Notes under the pieces: generated by a model
Seen by the model: only the letters and a program-made list of their open reading frames with translations
What the model was told of the DNA's origin: nothing
Database searches by the model: none
Shown here: one piece after another, positions 61,087 to 64,000 of the stretch
Layout: each line of letters starts with the position of its first letter
Position numbering within the stretch: the stretch's first letter is position 1
Sequence record: PP496440.1
Strand: one strand, 5' to 3'
DNA: 64,000 bases
Translations under genes and position numbers: made by a program

Positions 61087-61671
61087 TTATATGGGAATGG
61101 TGTCTATGTCAGCGAACCGCTGCATGCACCACTTGACGTAGGGTTTTACCTGCTCTGGCCAACGCTTCGTATATCCACGGGCGTACAACTCTACCATTCC
61201 GGGCACCGCTTCGTAATAGTTGCCGAAGGGATACACGTCGAAGTTCTTGAGTTTCAAGCCGAGCAGCTGCATCAGTAATTTACCGTTCTGGATAGTCGTG
61301 GCATACGCCGGATTATCGTAGGTAAACCCCTTACGCCATTCGTTGAACTTCGGGTCTTGCGGGTTCTGGCCGAGCAAGGACAGCAGCAGGTCCCCGCTAC
61401 GCAGTTGTTGCAGTGTCGTCCCTTCCTTCTCCAGCAGTGCGTGCGTACACTCATGCAGCAAGGTGGCCCAAGCTTTCGGCTCGGTGAAGAAGGAGTCCCG
61501 GAGTAAGCAGGTGCCGCCGGTGAATGAAGCGGTAGGCTGGCCGTTGCCCGGAATCAACGTGAAGGTGTGAGTCCGTGCATAACCGTAGACGGGCGCCCGC
61601 ATGTTCTGCGGCATCTTGTCGATGATCTTCAGTAACGCCGAGTTGTCAACCTCTTTCCCGCTTCGATCCAC
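61087..61671 (-). CDS. Zincin-like metallopeptidase
   Basis: LLHECTHALL (HExxH); start uncertain. Confidence 0.55.
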   Translation of the reverse strand: MDRSGKEVDNSALLKIIDKMPQNMRAPVYGYARTHTFTLIPGNGQPTASFTGGTCLLRDSFFTEPKAWATLLHECTHALLEKEGTTLQQLRSGDLLLSLLGQNPQDPKFNEWRKGFTYDNPAYATTIQNGKLLMQLLGLKLKNFDVYPFGNYYEAVPGMVELYARGYTKRWPEQVKPYVKWCMQRFADIDTIPI

Positions 61672-61676
61672 CGTCG

Positions 61677-62243
61677 TTACTTTGGGACCTCGGCAACCTC
61701 CATCAGGTGTGCCACTTCCGCAAAGTTCTCAGCGCTGGACAGAGCCGACATGCGTTCCCGGTACAGCTGAATCTCGATGGGTTCCTCCAGCTCTTTCAGG
61801 AACTTTTCCAGCTTGGTCTTGAACCGCTCAGTGTACGGCTTCTGAATGGTGATGTGTGCCTTGTAGTCGGGAAACGTCGGCGCCGCACCGATACCCAGTA
61901 GCTGGTTGTGCAGGTCAGTCAGTTCCTTGCAGTTGACCAGCAGGACCAGAGTGTCTTCCTTGGGGCCGAACACGTCAACACCTGTCACCTCAGCGGTGTA
62001 CTTGTGCGACGGATTGAGAACGCCACGGGCCGCTACGTCGTCGATGGTTGACGAAGAGTACATAACGGTGCAGTGCAGCTCAGACATCGGCATCACGTCC
62101 GGCTCACGATCTTGGCCGTACTTGCTCAGGGTCATCAACATCTTGGCGAGGGTCAGCTTGGAATCCGGGTGGATCTTGACATCCACGTAAGAACCTTCCT
62201 TGATCAACGACCGGGCCGTCTCCATTACCTTAACTGTTTTCAT
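61677..62243 (-). CDS. acb1: 2H phosphoesterase, T4 gp57B/Acb1-like anti-CBASS candidate
   Basis: LHCTVMYS and YKAHITI HxT motifs; LVLLVNCKEL...H...GAAPTFPDY pattern as in T4 57B. Confidence 0.7.
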   Translation of the reverse strand: MKTVKVMETARSLIKEGSYVDVKIHPDSKLTLAKMLMTLSKYGQDREPDVMPMSELHCTVMYSSSTIDDVAARGVLNPSHKYTAEVTGVDVFGPKEDTLVLLVNCKELTDLHNQLLGIGAAPTFPDYKAHITIQKPYTERFKTKLEKFLKELEEPIEIQLYRERMSALSSAENFAEVAHLMEVAEVPK

Positions 62244-62736
62244 TGGTGAACCCCTCGAGTGGGAATATCGTAGCCGTGGACTTGTCAGGGTTGACCTGAA
62301 TACTCGCCGGGTTGACTTTCAGATACTGCTTCAAGATCTTTTCGATCCGCAGCAAGTCAACGTCCTCTCCTTCCTTTTTCTCTACCCACGGCAGCATCAC
62401 GTAGGAGTACAGAGCGGGGTTGATCAGGACTACGTTGAAGAATGCAGTGATGGCGTGGATCAAGGTGTTGCCATCATGTTTGGTACTGGTCGGGTCTCCT
62501 TCCTTACTCCGGAGGATCACCCGAGGCTGGATAGTGTCGTAGGTGATAATCACCCCGAAACTGTCCGCAAGATTCGCTGGCACATTAACGCCTGCCGGGG
62601 CGCCGCGTGTCCAGAACGTAACGCGTGACTTGGTTCCGTCTGGGCGGTGGATTGTTGCCTTGGTGCAGTATTCCGAGGAAGTCCACAAGACCGGATAGGT
62701 CGGGAGGATATCCACCTGGGGGATAGACTTTATCAT
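62230..62736 (-). CDS. Hypothetical protein
   Basis: Start reassigned to ATG 62736 (GAGG). Confidence 0.65.
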   Translation of the reverse strand: MIKSIPQVDILPTYPVLWTSSEYCTKATIHRPDGTKSRVTFWTRGAPAGVNVPANLADSFGVIITYDTIQPRVILRSKEGDPTSTKHDGNTLIHAITAFFNVVLINPALYSYVMLPWVEKKEGEDVDLLRIEKILKQYLKVNPASIQVNPDKSTATIFPLEGFTNENS

Positions 62737-62780
62737 GGTTGCCTCTAAGCCAACGGGGCCTTTCGACCCCGTGCCATTGT

Positions 62781-63944
62781 TCACTGGGGAACCAGAGGAC
62801 TCAGTTTGGTCATGGTTTCCGACAGCTCTTTCAGGACGAATGCACGCTTGTCCTCCGGCAACTTCTTCATGCTGGATTGAAGCGAGGCGATCACCGCGAT
62901 TGCCATCCCCAGTTCTTCCTGATACCGGCCCGTCCGGCCTTGGCGTGCACCGGACGTTTCGGTCTCGCCGTCGTCCACAATCAGACGTTCACCACAACGC
63001 TTACACCACCGAGAGTCATCAGCGTTGTTCGCACCGCAGCGTGGACACTCGATCTCGTCGTCTTTAGGCGGGCCATCCAAGTCATCGCCTTCTTCTTCGA
63101 GTTCCTCATCGGTCATCCGTGCCGGGGCGTCGGGATCCTCTTCGCTTTCCGGTTCCGCCGAGTCTTCATCCTCCGTGGTTTCATCTTCGGCGTCGGGATC
63201 CTCTTCAGGATCAACTTCAGCCTCCGGGTCTTCCTCGGTTTCGGTGTCCGCTTCCGGATCATCCTCTTCCATTTCGGCGTCCGGATCCTCTTCTTCGGTG
63301 GACGCTTCATCCTCGTCCGGTACTTCCGTTTCCTCTTCCTTCGCCTTTTTGTTCTTGGCTTTGGTCAGATTCTTGGAAGCTTCCTGCTCTTCATCAGTCG
63401 GGCGGAACGTAGGATCTTCCGCATCGTCGGTGAGGTCAGGAACGTCGGTGTCCATTGCGATTGGACGTTCCACGAAGAACGGGGAGTCCTCGGAGTTGCC
63501 GTAGGACCGCCCGTACCATGGGCTGGCCTCGTCGAGGATGTCCGGGATAAGCGACAGCTCGATCTCGCCCGTGCCTTTCAGGTTACCCCGTGCACGACCA
63601 ATGATACCCACGCCAGACTTGGTTGGGCGGAAGCTCTGAACCGAACCCGTGTCATCCAAGACTACAGAGGTCATGTCAGCGGCAACCCGAGTAACCGTGC
63701 CGAGGTAGAATTCGGGGTTGGCCCAAGACTTGCCCATGTTGACCAGCACACGCTCACCTTTGTTATAGCGAACGTAGTAGCCAACCTCCATGTGACGAAT
63801 GGATGCCGCCAGCGTATGCACCTTGGTCCAGAAGCTCTTTCTCTCCTTGACCGGCACCTTGACGGCGGCGGTTACTTTGTATTGCGTCGAGACGCGATCC
63901 AGCGCTTGGCGGAAGGCCGCGTCCGAGGGATTGGCCATGGTCAT
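62781..63944 (-). CDS. Protein with SH3/Tudor-like domain, acidic linker and zinc ribbon
   Basis: YNKGERVLVNMG...YLGTV...GIIGRA; D/E/P-rich linker; CPRCG...WCKRCG. Confidence 0.8.
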   Translation of the reverse strand: MTMANPSDAAFRQALDRVSTQYKVTAAVKVPVKERKSFWTKVHTLAASIRHMEVGYYVRYNKGERVLVNMGKSWANPEFYLGTVTRVAADMTSVVLDDTGSVQSFRPTKSGVGIIGRARGNLKGTGEIELSLIPDILDEASPWYGRSYGNSEDSPFFVERPIAMDTDVPDLTDDAEDPTFRPTDEEQEASKNLTKAKNKKAKEEETEVPDEDEASTEEEDPDAEMEEDDPEADTETEEDPEAEVDPEEDPDAEDETTEDEDSAEPESEEDPDAPARMTDEELEEEGDDLDGPPKDDEIECPRCGANNADDSRWCKRCGERLIVDDGETETSGARQGRTGRYQEELGMAIAVIASLQSSMKKLPEDKRAFVLKELSETMTKLSPLVPQ

Positions 63945-63945
63945 C

Positions 63946-64000
63946 TTAAGCCACCGTCTGTTCGCTCAGCTGGTTATCCAGGTCCATGTAGAACTGGGGG
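63946..64000 (-). CDS. 3' end of a gene truncated by the window edge
   Basis: ...PQFYMDLDNQLSEQTVA then TAA at 63946-63948. Confidence 0.55.
   Translation of the reverse strand, partial: PQFYMDLDNQLSEQTVA

Overview
This window is a gene-dense segment of a large (probably jumbo) contractile-tailed dsDNA phage. It encodes T4-like baseplate parts, its own sigma factor, primase, RecA/UvsX, a gp32-like SSB and an NAD-dependent ligase. A Pseudomonas-like gammaproteobacterial host is inferred from a PL7 alginate lyase, spanins and pyocin-type fibre knobs. Layout: small + strand accessory genes and the PL7 lyase (1-4270); two fibre-like virion proteins, one with an SGNH esterase (4420-9740); a recombination/transcription/modification block (UvsX, very acidic repeat protein, SSB, sigma factor, SWIM protein, TGT-like enzyme, peptidase, acyl carrier protein, SLOG protein, Cas4-like nuclease); primase on the + strand; a lysis cassette; tail fibre, baseplate, spike, tape measure and chaperones; a giant SNF2-like protein; then HNH, Nudix, ligase and an Acb1-like 2H phosphoesterase. 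The observations least explained by standard annotation are: (i) a 58-codon basic frame directly behind the UGA of the acidic protein (read-through candidate); (ii) a conserved structured intergenic element present twice, 33 kb apart, once overlapping a terminator arm and once occluding a ribosome-binding site; (iii) an amidase in the lysis cassette with its T7-type catalytic residues substituted; (iv) a PAAR-M15 peptidase fusion; (v) two recurring candidate promoter motifs (GTAAATA, CTAATTA). No CRISPR array, tRNA, rRNA or transposase was recognised. All family assignments come from motif recognition by eye; no database search was run.
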